Assembly (NCBI GenBank): GCA_051362555.1
Contig: CM120643.1
Coordinates: forward strand, 22,820,848-22,884,847
Reading direction: 5' to 3'
DNA length: 64,000 bases
Source: Lingula anatina
Lineage: Eukaryota; Animalia; Brachiopoda
A program made the position numbers and the translations under genes. The notes under the pieces are model-generated. The model was given only the letters and a program-made list of their open reading frames with translations, had not been told where the DNA came from and made no database searches. Positions 1 to 37,113 of the stretch are shown piece after piece (positions within the stretch are counted from its first letter, which is position 1; each line of letters opens with the position of its first letter).

Positions 1-53
1 GCGCGTGTGTGTGTGCGCGTAAACATATTTTTTGTTTTTGCGCACCTGTGTAA

Positions 54-307
54 AGCCTAGGTCCCAACGGGCTACTACGTGTGGTCTACGGCCAAAAAAA
101 ATGGGGAAAACGTGGGAGTTCGTGCGTAAGGAGCACGTCCATCGTGCGACTTTTGGAGGACGCAAACAGCAGGTAGAAACTTAACGACATGATCAACTCT
201 TTGCAATCACCAATTACTTGATTCCTTCCCTGCTATCTAGCTACGTCCTAGCCGGACGCAAGGAACCTAAAAAACCGTGCGTCCAAAACGTGGTTGGGAC
301 CTAGGCT
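54..307. mobile_element. MITE, PIF/Harbinger (Tourist)-like
   Basis: 15-bp perfect TIRs AGCCTAGGTCCCAAC (54-68) / GTTGGGACCTAGGCT (293-307), flanked by TAA (51-53 and 308-310) as a 3-bp TSD; no coding capacity. Confidence 0.8.
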
Positions 308-476
308 TAAGTAAAACTGTTTTGAATATACTACATACGTGTATATCAACGCATAAAAAAATCAAACTTTAAAGATTCAAACTTTAAAATATGGATAAGG
401 AATCATTCTCATGATATTAATCTAAACGCACTTGAGACCCTGTGCATGACTAACTGTGCCAAATATGCATTTGCAG

Positions 477-1720
477 GGAGATCCAGGAGGACCTCTTCTG
501 TGTGAGTTCCCAACTGACCGCAAGACAGAGTGGAAACAACTGGGCATCGTCAGTTTCGGCAGAGGATGCGAGTACATCTCCTATCCCGGCGTCTACACGG
601 ACGTCAGGAAAATATCCGACTGGCTTTACAGAACTATTGGTGAGTACGGTATTAGTGTTATTACTTTAACAAAAAGAACTGGCTTGAAAACAACCGTTTT
701 ACCATTGAAGTGTCATTTTATTTACAATAAATATTGATTCGCCATATTTGTATGATTATTCAGTGGTATGGAGAATTGAAGACTGTAGTAATAGGCCTAA
801 TGGTTCACAAAAATGGTTCGCTAGTCATTGTGAAAGCCATTTTTAAAAATGGCCTTTCAGTGGCTACTAAAATCATTGAAATTCATTTTTTTTGTCTTCA
901 CTTATAAGTTTAAGACCTGGTAATTATAAGACTGATATAAAATAGTTTTATTGGAGATGAGTCCTGAAGTAAATATCTGTTGATCAACACCCCCTCCCCC
1001 CCCCCCCCAAAAAAAAAAAAAAACTTTTCAAAGGAGTGTTATATTTTGGATACGGATCTATTTGCTCTAGATAGCAGATCAATGCACATACTAATGACTG
1101 AAAAAAAATAATCATTAATCATCGAATTAACTGGTTTTCTAATTGGTTTGTCAATAATATTTTTCTGACCTTTTTGTCAATTTTACCACATTTCCCCTTT
1201 TACAATTACTGGCAATGGCTGCGGTCACCTCTTTGCTTGTATCAGCCCGAAGCTGGTTTTGGAAAGAAAATTCATAAGCATCGGTGATGTAAAGAAATTT
1301 TAACTAATTAAATTTCCAGGTAGTTTCAATTTTTTAAAAGTAAATCTTCAAATCTTTTGGGGTGGGGAGTGGGGGGGGGGGGGGGGTATAGATGCAATGC
1401 GCAATGCACGTCTTCCAACTTAGAAAGCGTATAACTAGACTTATTATGTTTCAGTCGCTGGCTCGTGCGGGTCCCTGGAAAGACTTGGCTCGGCATACTA
1501 CACCAACGACACAACATTTGAGACACTGAGCGACCTCACGGAGAGGGAATGCGAACAAGAGTGTATTAACATATATAAGTGTAAAGCGGCAACCTATCGT
1601 CGGAATCCACCAACATGTTGGCTTCAAGCCAAGCCTCAAAACGCTGGAAAGCACAGCGACTGGGTGGCTTTCCGTATAAAGGACGGTTGCAAGAAGCCGA
1701 TTCCATACACGCGCACATGA
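477..1720 (+). CDS. 3' part of a trypsin-like (S1A) serine protease homologue with C-terminal PAN/apple domain; upstream exons are outside the window
   Basis: Exon 477-639 (ttgcag|...G|gtgagt) reads GDPGGPLLCE...WKQLGIVSFGRGC...YPGVYTDVRKISDWL. A phase-1 join to exon 1455-1720 (tttcag|) gives VAGSCGSLERL...ECEQECINIYKCKAATYRRNPPTCWLQ...RT*, which has PAN-type Cys spacing. Confidence 0.85.
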
Positions 1721-3866
1721 GTATTGGAAGGTGAAAGTTCACAATATACGCTATAACGTACAAAATATCACAAGATTTCGTCTTATAAAGGCGGTATAGG
1801 GAAGTACCTTGGGTTTGTCTTGGAGTAATTTCAAAGTACATGCAACAGCAATCTGTGTGCATTAGTTTTTGTAATGGGTGTCAAATTGTCAAAATAGGAA
1901 AAATAATGATAACATCCCACTTGTACGTTAAAACTAAATAGATTTACAATAACTACTGTTTTCCTTAATTTTAAACTGTAAAAGAAACAAGAAAAAAAAA
2001 GTATTTTGCACCACCATGTTCTGCCATGGCATGTACAGAGGGACCCGAGGAGAAATAGTTTTTGAGGCTTTTGTGTTCTAAAAGGTTATTACTGACGCGA
2101 CAGTAATTACTCTGTCGAAAAAGGCTTTTAACATAAGCAACAGGAGTAAAGATTGCGTCATTTTATCTCACGAGACACTTCTGATGATGTCACAGCTGTC
2201 ACAAGTATTTGATCTGTTAAAAGCTCTGTAAAACCTTACTTCAGGGAAAAGATCAAATGTACTGAGTGTTTTCCTTTTTTTCTAATTAGGCTAAAAAAGG
2301 TATAAAAATAGATATGAAAAACGCCGAACACACATTTTTTAAACATCGCTTCCTTTCTTATGCAAAAACCACTGTTTGTATTCCTAAGACTGAATTCAGA
2401 TGCACACATCATGCAGCTGAATGCGGCTTAAAGCAAGCAATGGCGAAACACAGTGCTTTTTTTCTTTATCAATAACTTTACCACAAATATGGCGCGTGGC
2501 ACTTCTATCACTAGGATAATTAAGTGAGCAGTTCTTCGGCGAGATATAAGTGCTTTGCGGTTAAAATACAATTAAATGCTGTAGCAAACCTGGATTTACG
2601 CATCCAATTTCAAATGGAGAAACAAACCCCGCTCACCTTACTTTTCCATAATTATAAGTGACTAAGCAACTTGAAACGTGCATCATTTTAGCTGAGTGTA
2701 CTTTGATAACTTGTAACAATTACTTCTTTAGGCCCAATTTAAAGTATTTCATTTGTCACCTTTATAGCTTAACTGTCTTTTTTTTTAAAAAAATCGACTT
2801 GCTCAATTCTTTTTGTTAGAGTGACACTTCCGAGACACCATTCCTATAACGGCCTTTCGCACATCAAAGGGAAACTGTATCAAGAGTTAATTTGAAGGAT
2901 CTTTTGGAGAAAACGTTTCTTCAAATATAGCACCGAAATAATACAAATTACGTGACTTTTCCTAAATTTTCCTATTTTATATATTAAAACATATGAGTAG
3001 GGGATCAGCTGTGTCACAGTATGTGTGTGCATGAAATAATGACGGAGGGCTGTGTACTTTATGCTCAGTAACACGTCACAAACGTGACTGGTTGCATTTC
3101 ACTCAACTGCTACATTTGGTACTGTCTCACCTGTAGCAATCAGTAAGAATTGCGCTTCATCTCAACAGTAACATTTTCCAACACTGCCAAGAAGTGACCG
3201 AATAGATAAACTCTTTTTTTTTTCAATTTTCATCTGTCGAGCCTCTACAAGGATGGCAGGCATATCTGGCTGTAATGGAGTTGCTCAAATAACAAGGAAA
3301 TACTTGAAATAACAAATAACACTATTAAACAAAGGAAAGTTGGTAACATAGGCTTTATTCAGGAATGCAGTAATTCATTGACAATTTTTTTTTATAAATT
3401 TAGCTGCAATTTTAAGTTGACCTTTGCAAAGGAAGAGTCATGTTCACTCCAAAAAGTTCCAATATTACCACTTTGAGACTCTGGATTTTATCCAGCTGAA
3501 GTATTTGAGTCATTCTTTATTACTGATCTCTATTATAAATATTTGTACATAGAAAAGAACACAATCTTGTAAGACCAGTAATACTATTATGATTATGTAA
3601 AATATAAAGAAAGATAATATAATATCTCTTTCAGCAAATCCACAAAAGCAGCTTTTCCAAAGAGCATACGGCTCTTCCAGCTCACTCCCTCTGGATAGCA
3701 AAGCACATGTCCCTCCTCTAGTTACTGGGAAGGAAGGGCGAGGCACTTTCCATCTTAATAAATATAAAAAATCTGTCTTTTCTTTCATTTCACTTTACTT
3801 GATATGAACCCCTATCCACCTCTTTCCATCCCAATCCAATCATTCCTATGCTCCCTCAGAAATTTT

Positions 3867-28819
<24,953 letters not shown>

Positions 28820-29612
28820 TATTACGCGTTTCTAAAAGCATGCAGCAAGCACTGTCCGTGCGTGGTGACTCTTTCGCTTACGGAGGTTTAAAAACAGAGA
28901 GACGCAATTGGTAGGGGTTAGATGTCCGGGTGAGAAGACAAGCACACCTAACACATTCCCTCCAGCTAATGACGTTGAGCACAGCCTGCAGCAGTTTTCC
29001 TGGACGCAAATTTATAACAGCTTAAGTCACTGAGCTAAAATTAAAGAAAGCTCACGAGTAATAAAAATGACAATGAAAGAGACAATAAATTTTTTTAGGT
29101 TTAATGGGTGTAGGCAATGATATATTAAAGCCGTCGTTTTGGCCTATTTGTTCGTGAAGTTATGGATTCATATATGAACGATAATCTTAAATTTTAATAG
29201 ATTTAAATTTCGCGAATGGGGGATGATTTTAAAATTATTAGAAAATCAATCGAAAAGATAAAAAGTACTAACAAAATATGTTTTAATGAAGTTCCGTACC
29301 TGTGATTGGCCACTAGGATGTTTAATCTAAATTTTGAAATAATTATATGCAAGTTAGGCCAAGTCATTTTAAAATTATTAAAATATTGCCCAGGATCTTC
29401 ATGATTATGGCAAAACAAACATGATAATCATTGCGCAACAATGTTAAACTGTTTCGTCACAATTAAACTTCTGTTTTTTATGACGTCAAAATACTCGCCG
29501 CCCAGAAACGTAGTGTAGCAACCAAACAGAAAATTTCTGTCTTTACGTTTGCTGTCACAAGATATTATTTCTCAATTATTTCAAAGTATTTCCCGTATTT
29601 TATAGTATCGTT
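28820..29612. promoter_or_regulatory. Putative bidirectional promoter between NSUN2 and the F-box gene
   Basis: Divergent start codons are 793 bp apart; a full palindromic CRE (TGACGTCA) lies at 29481-29488. Function is inferred from geometry only. Confidence 0.55.
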
Positions 29613-32600
29613 ATGAGTGACGTTGAGCTTTCATTTCAACAATGCACGAGCAAGAAGAGAGGACTATTTTCTGAGACTGATTCACAGATCTGCAAGAAAA
29701 AGAACATCTCCAAAGAGGACAATTATTTCAGAAACGGAATTATCTGTGATATCCCAACTGAAATATTAGTAAAGATTGCCGGGAATCTGGATGCGCCTTC
29801 TCTGCTTCATTTTACCTCAACATGCAGGCGTTTTCGAGATTTAGGCCAGGATCCTTATATTTGGGAGCAGAATATTCAGGTATTTTTTTTTCTTTTATTT
29901 GCAAAAACATTTGTCATTTTACGTTTTCCCGGTAAATTCTGCAAATCCGTATGAGAACAAAATCCACATTATGTTCATAGGCCCGAAGAGTATCTTTTGA
30001 AACGGTAAAAACACTAGGTATATTTTGGAAAATTTAGTTTTGTCATTTTACGAACATGCAGTTTCCCCATTTAGTGAATGTGAAAAGGAATCTCAAAAAT
30101 TAGGACAAGGCGCTTATAAAATCAACCAACTTCAAACGTAGAGATGAAATAATACAGTATTAGAAAATAAAATGCAGAGTTCGGACAGTGCCTATTTCTA
30201 ATATTAATATTTTAAACGTTCTTTTTTTGTTATTCAGCGCACGCATGGTAAAGCATTTGCCAAATACATAGCCAGTGTGCCTTGGATTCCTGCCACCTTT
30301 AAGGAGATGTGCGTCCTCCTCCACAAAGTGAGCTGTATAAGAGAACTCATTATGGACGGAGAGTATCAGAACTTCCTGATGGAGAGTAAGGACATGATTA
30401 CCTGCCTGTATGCGTTCGAAAAGATGTCGCCATTCTGGCAGAGACAGCGTCTTCTCTCTACTGATGAAGTGACGAATGTGTTTGCCATGACTTATCGAGA
30501 GCTCAGTGGCGAGTATAAATTTATCTCCTTCTCTCTCACGGCTTTTAATGCAGCCCAAATTTACACATGTATCAGATCTCTGTATTTAATACAGTAATTG
30601 TCAAAAACTTGGCTCTTGAATTGATAGCGATTTTGCTTATGGCGTTATTCAGTATCTCTTATATAAGCACCACTGGCCCCAGTGAAAATGATCTTACCCA
30701 GTTTTGTCTATTTTAATATTAATTTATGATACAGAAAATACAAATGCTTTTATTTATGCATTTGACACATCTTTAATTAAATGACATAAATCTAAATTGC
30801 CAATATTATCCAAGTAAGTATATTGAACAGAGATATCAAAATGTATTTCAAAATACTTCTTTTATATTAATATGGTTATTTCTATTGGTTATTTTCAGAT
30901 TACTTTTCAGAGCTGAAAGATAAGAGAATGAGGTGGTCCGCCATAGTGGACATGAACAACAAGCGGTTCCAAGACCCTGTAGTGGCTCATGATTTCTTTG
31001 CTTACTATGTACAGTGTCTCATAGAAAGTAAGCACTATCATACACACTGTATGTAAATCTCTGATATTTCAAATAATATTTTCACTCCTTAATACTGTAG
31101 TTTTCCAATAATTTGGTGTGTCCACAAGTTTGTCGAAAACTCCGTATTGTTAACGGATTTCATGGTTACATCTGCTTTCAATTTACAGCTTTTTAAAATC
31201 TATACAAAAACTAGATAAGTCAACATTAAAACAGAGAAATCATTTTGACATAAGCTTATTTATGTTTAGATAAGAGCATCGAGGTAAGCTTAAGAATATA
31301 TATCAACGTTGAAAACAACTGACAACGCAAACATGACTTTTGTCATCATACTTTTTATCTGACTTTTTCCCCTTAGATCGCGAAGAGATAGAGGACCTGT
31401 ACCTCGCCTGTAACAAAGAAAAGGTACTGAGGAAGATGGCCAGGCATCTTGAATGTCACAGAGCCACAAGTTCTCCCGTCTACCGTGCTCTTAGGGACGC
31501 TTTGATTAGGTGTAAGTGGATATAGCGGTAGAATTTCAACCTGTCACCTATCCCACCACTTAAGATAGAAATGACTAAAGAAATGAAACATTTTAAGTTC
31601 ATAAAATTATAGCGTCCGACAGGTTGCGGTTATACGAAGAAAATAGTGAAGATAGAAATTAAAACACCGTACATGTACATATATGATACGATGTACTGTA
31701 GTGGGCACATATGCTTCTAAAAATCAATTAAAATCATAGAATGAGGGCAAAAAGGTTCATTAGCTTGGAAGTTGGATCATATATGGTTATCAAACACAAG
31801 CCGGAAAACTTTCATGCCGTTAGCTTTACAGAGCTTAACAGTTTTTATTTCATATGTGATATTTTGAAAATTTTCCTTATTATCTCAGCCAATACACTTA
31901 TCTAAGAGATTATCGTAAATGCAGATAAAGGCGATCATATAAAAATCAGAATCAGAAGTATAGGTTTTGATAAAGTACATTTATGCAACTCTGCTTATCC
32001 CCTTTTCTTGCAGCCGGAGATGATCTGCGCGCAGACCATAGTTTCTCTGTAGCATTGCGTCATAAGCCTACAATGGAGGTCGTCCTGGACCATGTATTTA
32101 ATACGCACCCTTTCTTTATGGCTAACAGGGACGCAATTTGCGCAGATGACTTTGGTAAGCGAAACGTTCTTTGTATCTTTTTGGGCGTTGCACAATGCAA
32201 TTCTCTGCGCAGTTATCTTTTTTTCCACAATAGATTCGTTTTCCTGATAAACAATTCTAATCTTAATACATGTGTGATGTCTATGATATTTTTAAGAGTG
32301 AAGGAAAAAACGGGTTTTTATAATTTAATTTAATTTTATCTATTTATTTATTTTTGTACTGGAAGTTGAATTGATATTGACCAAGTTTTATACGCTGTGA
32401 TAGTAACAAAATATCACCAACTTTGATGGATGGTTTCAAATCCAAACATTTTTTAAATTTTTTTTCTAATTTTCAGATCTTGATCTTATCGTCCAATGTG
32501 GCAACAACTGTGCTGACCTCTACCGTCTGTTTGACGAGTTCTATGAAAATTGGTACTTGACAAGCGGACGCAATCCTGCCTCGGTCAGCACTAGATCATA

Positions 32601-34603
32601 TACGGCAGCGGGACGGAAGTGACTAATCCAACATGGCGGTCCCTAGCGACGAGATGCTAAGGCTGATAGTCGAATGTTGTAGTACCGATCAAAACACAGT
32701 TCAATTGTTTTTTTTAATCGTATAATAACTAGGAATATAGCATATAATTTTTATTTACTTTTTAATTTATCTTTTTATTTTTTAATCGTATTATTCCTGG
32801 GATTTTGTAAACTTTGCGATTTGAATAAAGTAGATGAGTTCCACCTCCTGCTAGAGTGCAAAGCATATGATTCAATACGTGATCCCTTCAGAGGGCAGCT
32901 GTCAGAGTTCCTACCCCTAGGCGACTTCAGCTTTAATGAACTGTATAATTTTCTTATGGGTGCTCAAGACTTAAATATTCTTAGAATGGTTATGCGTTTT
33001 GTAAATAGATGCTTCCAACAAAGGGAACAAATCCTAGCTAACATTTTATATATATCACTTTATAAACTCATTTATTAGTATTATTATACATTTATCTAAT
33101 TGGGTCTAAATGCGTTTCCACGTCCTGCAAATTTACGTATCTGTAGCTGGAGTTGTCTGTTTTACCTCTATGATTGTACTTTGGCCCATTTTTAAACACG
33201 TATTCATCTATATCGCATCAAAATCATGTATATTTATTCATTTACTTGTTTGTACTCTGCTATAGTTACATGTAGATGTAGGCCTACTGTCTTTGATTGT
33301 ACCTTATTTGTGAAGGTGTATCAATAAAGAATCCCTAGGGATATAGCATACATGTATATTTTCCTAGATATTTTGCTATAGGCCTAAATGTCTCGGCGGC
33401 GCCACTCGGAACTACTCAGATGTCTCCGCACTCGACAATAAGTATGGTTAGTATGGAGCTTGCGGAATGAGCCGAGGATTGCCGATTGCGGCGGCGCTGG
33501 GGGCCGCCATGTTGGATTAGTCACTTCCGTCCCGCTGCCGTATATGATCTAGTGCTGACCATCCTGCCTCCGTGTACTCTCACCGAGCCAAAGGAACTCG
33601 GTCCCACGAGGTTCAGGCACTGTTCACATCCCTCTTATGGGAACTGCACTTCGATACCCCAGCTGCCTCACGCGGTCTCTGGAGCCTCGAAGTCGCCAAG
33701 GTGAAGGCCGAGGTTTACTTGGAAAAGTTGTGGCGTTACAGAGACCCTCAGGTGCTTCTTCGAGAAAAGACCGTGGAGAGAATGATTCATACTCACGGCT
33801 GGTATCCATACGAGGGGCAGATCACAGAATCTGCGGCATACAGGTAAATCACACTGATGTAATGGTAATACTTTCTAGTTTTAAATGTTATCTGAGCCTG
33901 ATTTCAATCTTTGGCTGTGCTTTCTTTTTTTTTCATTGTAAAGGAAAGAACAGTACATTCATATCTTGCAGCTAGTATATGTTACTTATTTCAATCATTC
34001 TACTAAAAATGAAGGCATCAGTTTTGGTGATACATTCATTACTATTTAAATAGAAACTGCTTTGAAATATTCCACAAACGGTCTTTTTAGCACGTCAAAT
34101 CTATTATCTGTTTATATAATATACATACATAATTTATGGGATTTTATATTTCCAGTGTCTATATTCGGGAGGGGACCTTCTTTGACCCCAGCGCCCTCCA
34201 GCGGCTGAAGACAGAAGTCGTACATCGCCAGGAGTTGAAGGTCGCAATTCAAGAGGTGAATTTTCTACAGAAAGCTCACAGATCTCAGGGGCAGCTGATT
34301 GAACTTCTCGTCTCAAGGGTATGCTATTAGACATTTTGGGGAGTTTTACTTAAACACGGTCTACTTGACTAAAACTTTTTTGAATGTACATGTGAACGTA
34401 TCTCGGACAGCGTGGCGTTTCATGCGTTTGCCATTTAAATCAAAAGTAAGCATTGTGCACAAAAAGTGGTGAAACTGATTTTTTAAAATGATTTTGTATT
34501 TTTCTAGGCAGCCATGTTCAATGCCGTACACACGTCTGCACAGTATGGTCCAGAGTTGTTCCGCCTCAGAGAATGTGAAGTTTTGGCTAAGAAAGGCCCA
34601 TGA
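29613..34603 (+). CDS. F-box protein with an unrecognised C-terminal region (about 526 aa once the transposon in exon 6 is removed); this allele is interrupted
   Basis: Exons 29613-29879 (F-box ICDIPTEILVKIAGNLDAPSLLHFTSTCRRFRDLGQDPYIW), 30238-30508, 30899-31027, 31377-31511, 32014-32154, 32477-33843 (split by the insertion at 32583-33560), 34156-34318 and 34508-34603. Phases are all compatible. Confidence 0.8.
32583..33560. mobile_element. 978-bp non-autonomous TIR DNA transposon, Mutator/MULE-like
   Basis: Perfect 57-bp TIRs (32583-32639 and 33504-33560) starting GGTCAGCAC, and a perfect 10-bp TSD ATCCTGCCTC (32573-32582 and 33561-33570). The superfamily is inferred from TSD length and G-starting TIRs. 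Confidence 0.9.
32800..33330 (+). mobile_element. 3' fragment of a non-LTR retrotransposon inside the TIR element
   Basis: FCKLCDLNKVDEFHLLLECKAYDSIR matches the LINE ORF2 C-terminal CCHC motif; an AT-rich 3' UTR ends in AATAAA near 33323. Confidence 0.75.
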
Positions 34604-34711
34604 AGGAATTCCCAAGACTTAAATTGTTAAATATTTTTTGGACTGGGAAGTTATGTAATGGGTGGCGATGGAACTAAAAGACCACAGTGACCAAACATGA
34701 GACATTATAAC

Positions 34712-34729
34712 GAAAACGAAAGTGAAAGT
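34712..34729 (+). promoter_or_regulatory. IRF-binding/ISRE-like motif
   Basis: GAAAACGAAAGTGAAAGT is three GAAA cores at 6-bp spacing; motif match only. Confidence 0.3.
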
Positions 34730-35772
34730 AGATCATGTTCAGATTTAATTGGATTTAATTTGGATGTATAGTACAGTGCCATATTGTAAAGACGGCGCTC
34801 ATCATGATTACATAATCACCATGGTGTCTGATAATCTTTTGTACAATTGAGATGGTTTTGCTCAAATTTTTAATTTGTGACAAAGTTTGACACCATTTTA
34901 GTGGTATATTGTCTACAGATTGAAAAAATTGTCAAAGTTATATTTATAATGTCTATTTATGGGATGCAATTTTACGTGCATTTTTACATTCCAGTTTTTT
35001 TTTTTTTTTGGGGGGGGGGGGGATGGGAGTGGGTTATTATTTTTTTAACCGTCATTGAAAGGGTTTCTTTATTCTAAGACTTGTTAAGTAAACAATCAAA
35101 AATGTATTAATTGTATATTATAAGGCAGAATAATGATAATTTTTCTTAAGAGGTGTTGTTTAGTGCTTTTATTTAACTACCAGCAATCTTTTTTCAATAA
35201 ATATCAATACAACCCAACACTGAAAGAACATATCAAACTTAAAAAAACATGTGAGGACCGGGCGTCGACTCCGAATCAGTTGCTTGAAATACAATGTACT
35301 CGTACGTCTTCTTTGGATCATATGAACGCTTCAAGGTTTTACTTTGACTAGAACAATTAAAAAGATTAAAATGTTGTGATATCAGAGAGTTTGCTATCAA
35401 TTCCCAACGTGCTGCACCTGCGACCCTTCCCACGATTTCTTGCGCTGTATAAGACATATCCAGCGGCCATTATGGTTAGTAGTGTCATAGTGTACCGGTA
35501 CTGTGTATAACTGTATGTATAAAACTGCTGTCCACGACCATATATATTAAAAATGAACATTTATAGTCGAATATTGTTGTATTATTTTGTTACAATATAT
35601 GATAAATCACAAAAATAATAGCCCAATTTCAAAGCAAGGCTGTACAAATGTACCAAGGAAATTAGATAATCAGTATAAATAGGAAGCTAATCACAGTATA
35701 AATCTAACCGTTGATATGAAGGCTGTCGGTTCACACGCCTTGGTGAGCATACTACAGGAGTTCATACGGCAT

Positions 35773-36154
35773 ATGGTACTCTTCACTGTGAACATGGTCC
35801 CCACTAGCGCTTGCTTTTTCATCCTTCTGGCATCTCACTCGATGCTTCTTCGCCAAAATGGCGCCGAGGCAGGGTCAACCAATGAGGCAGACGACACCTC
35901 GCTGTTGGAGCAGACGAAATTGAAAATTTTCGCCCTCGAAGCCAAAATAAAGGCAGATTGCGTCAACTGGCCTGAGCTTCTTGGCAATCTACCGCCAACA
36001 TCGGCAATTGTTGGGAAAAGGAACACAAATGTCGATTTGACACAACAGGTGATCAACATCCAGGATGCTCAACAACTGTATGGCGACATGACCGCTTTGT
36101 ACAGGAATTGTTCTCGAGGTAATGGAATTATATGTTTATGCTTTCAGCGCAAGA

Positions 36155-36197
<43 letters not shown>

Positions 36198-37060
36198 ATT
36201 GGTACATACAAGGCACGAGCAAACCCTATTTATATCGGTCAAACGTACAGTACGTACGCTGTACATTTTATGTTTGCATTTGCTAATGTAAGAAACCGAG
36301 CGTTCTACACATCCCAAGCAGTGTGGATGCCTTGTTGCAATTCAACCTCTGGCTATGGGTCTGCAGAATCTCATTCCTTTGTCTTATTTAGTTACCCTCA
36401 TGACAAATATCAGACACACATCTATTAGAGTGAAATTATACACTGCAGATTTATATTATGGCTGTCGTTTCTCAGACAAAAATCATATGAGCTGATGGTT
36501 ATATTCTGAAGTTTATTATCAGGACCAAAGCCAAAGAATTGCCCTTCAGAGCCATGTTATAACGGCGGAAGTTGTATTGACGACGCTTTAGGAAGTGTGA
36601 CTTGTGTCTGTACATCTGGGTTTACTGGGAAAAAGTGTCAAACGGCATGTAAGTATTTTAGTGGTCTTTTAGGGGGAGGACCACAATGCCATTCTTACAA
36701 AATTAAACGCCTTCACTGCACATTTGGAAATCTTTCATGATCAAATCAGCTTATTAATGCACAAATGCTACTTTCTTCTTAGTAAGGGACAGTCTCGAAG
36801 GAATCCAATCTTACCGCAAAACTGACACATACGGGTACAATTGCATGTACAGCTTGGTACGAGTGTCAGTGAAACATTTTGTGGTCAGTGTATCATCAGT
36901 AGGAAAAAAATAAAAATGATATTGATGGCAGTGTTATTTCATAAACCATTTCCACGTAGAATGTTAGGGACCATTCCCTCAGATATTTGGATCGATCTAT
37001 CTTCCTGGGGAGTCTCAATAAATTGCTGTCAACTTGGCCGGCTTAAATGTCTGTCACGCC

Positions 37061-37113
<53 letters not shown>

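Noticed and set aside
32583-33560. Precisely spliced introner element
   Set aside because: The TIR donor (phase 0) joined to either AG inside the right TIR meets a TGA stop; only imprecise cryptic splicing keeps frame.
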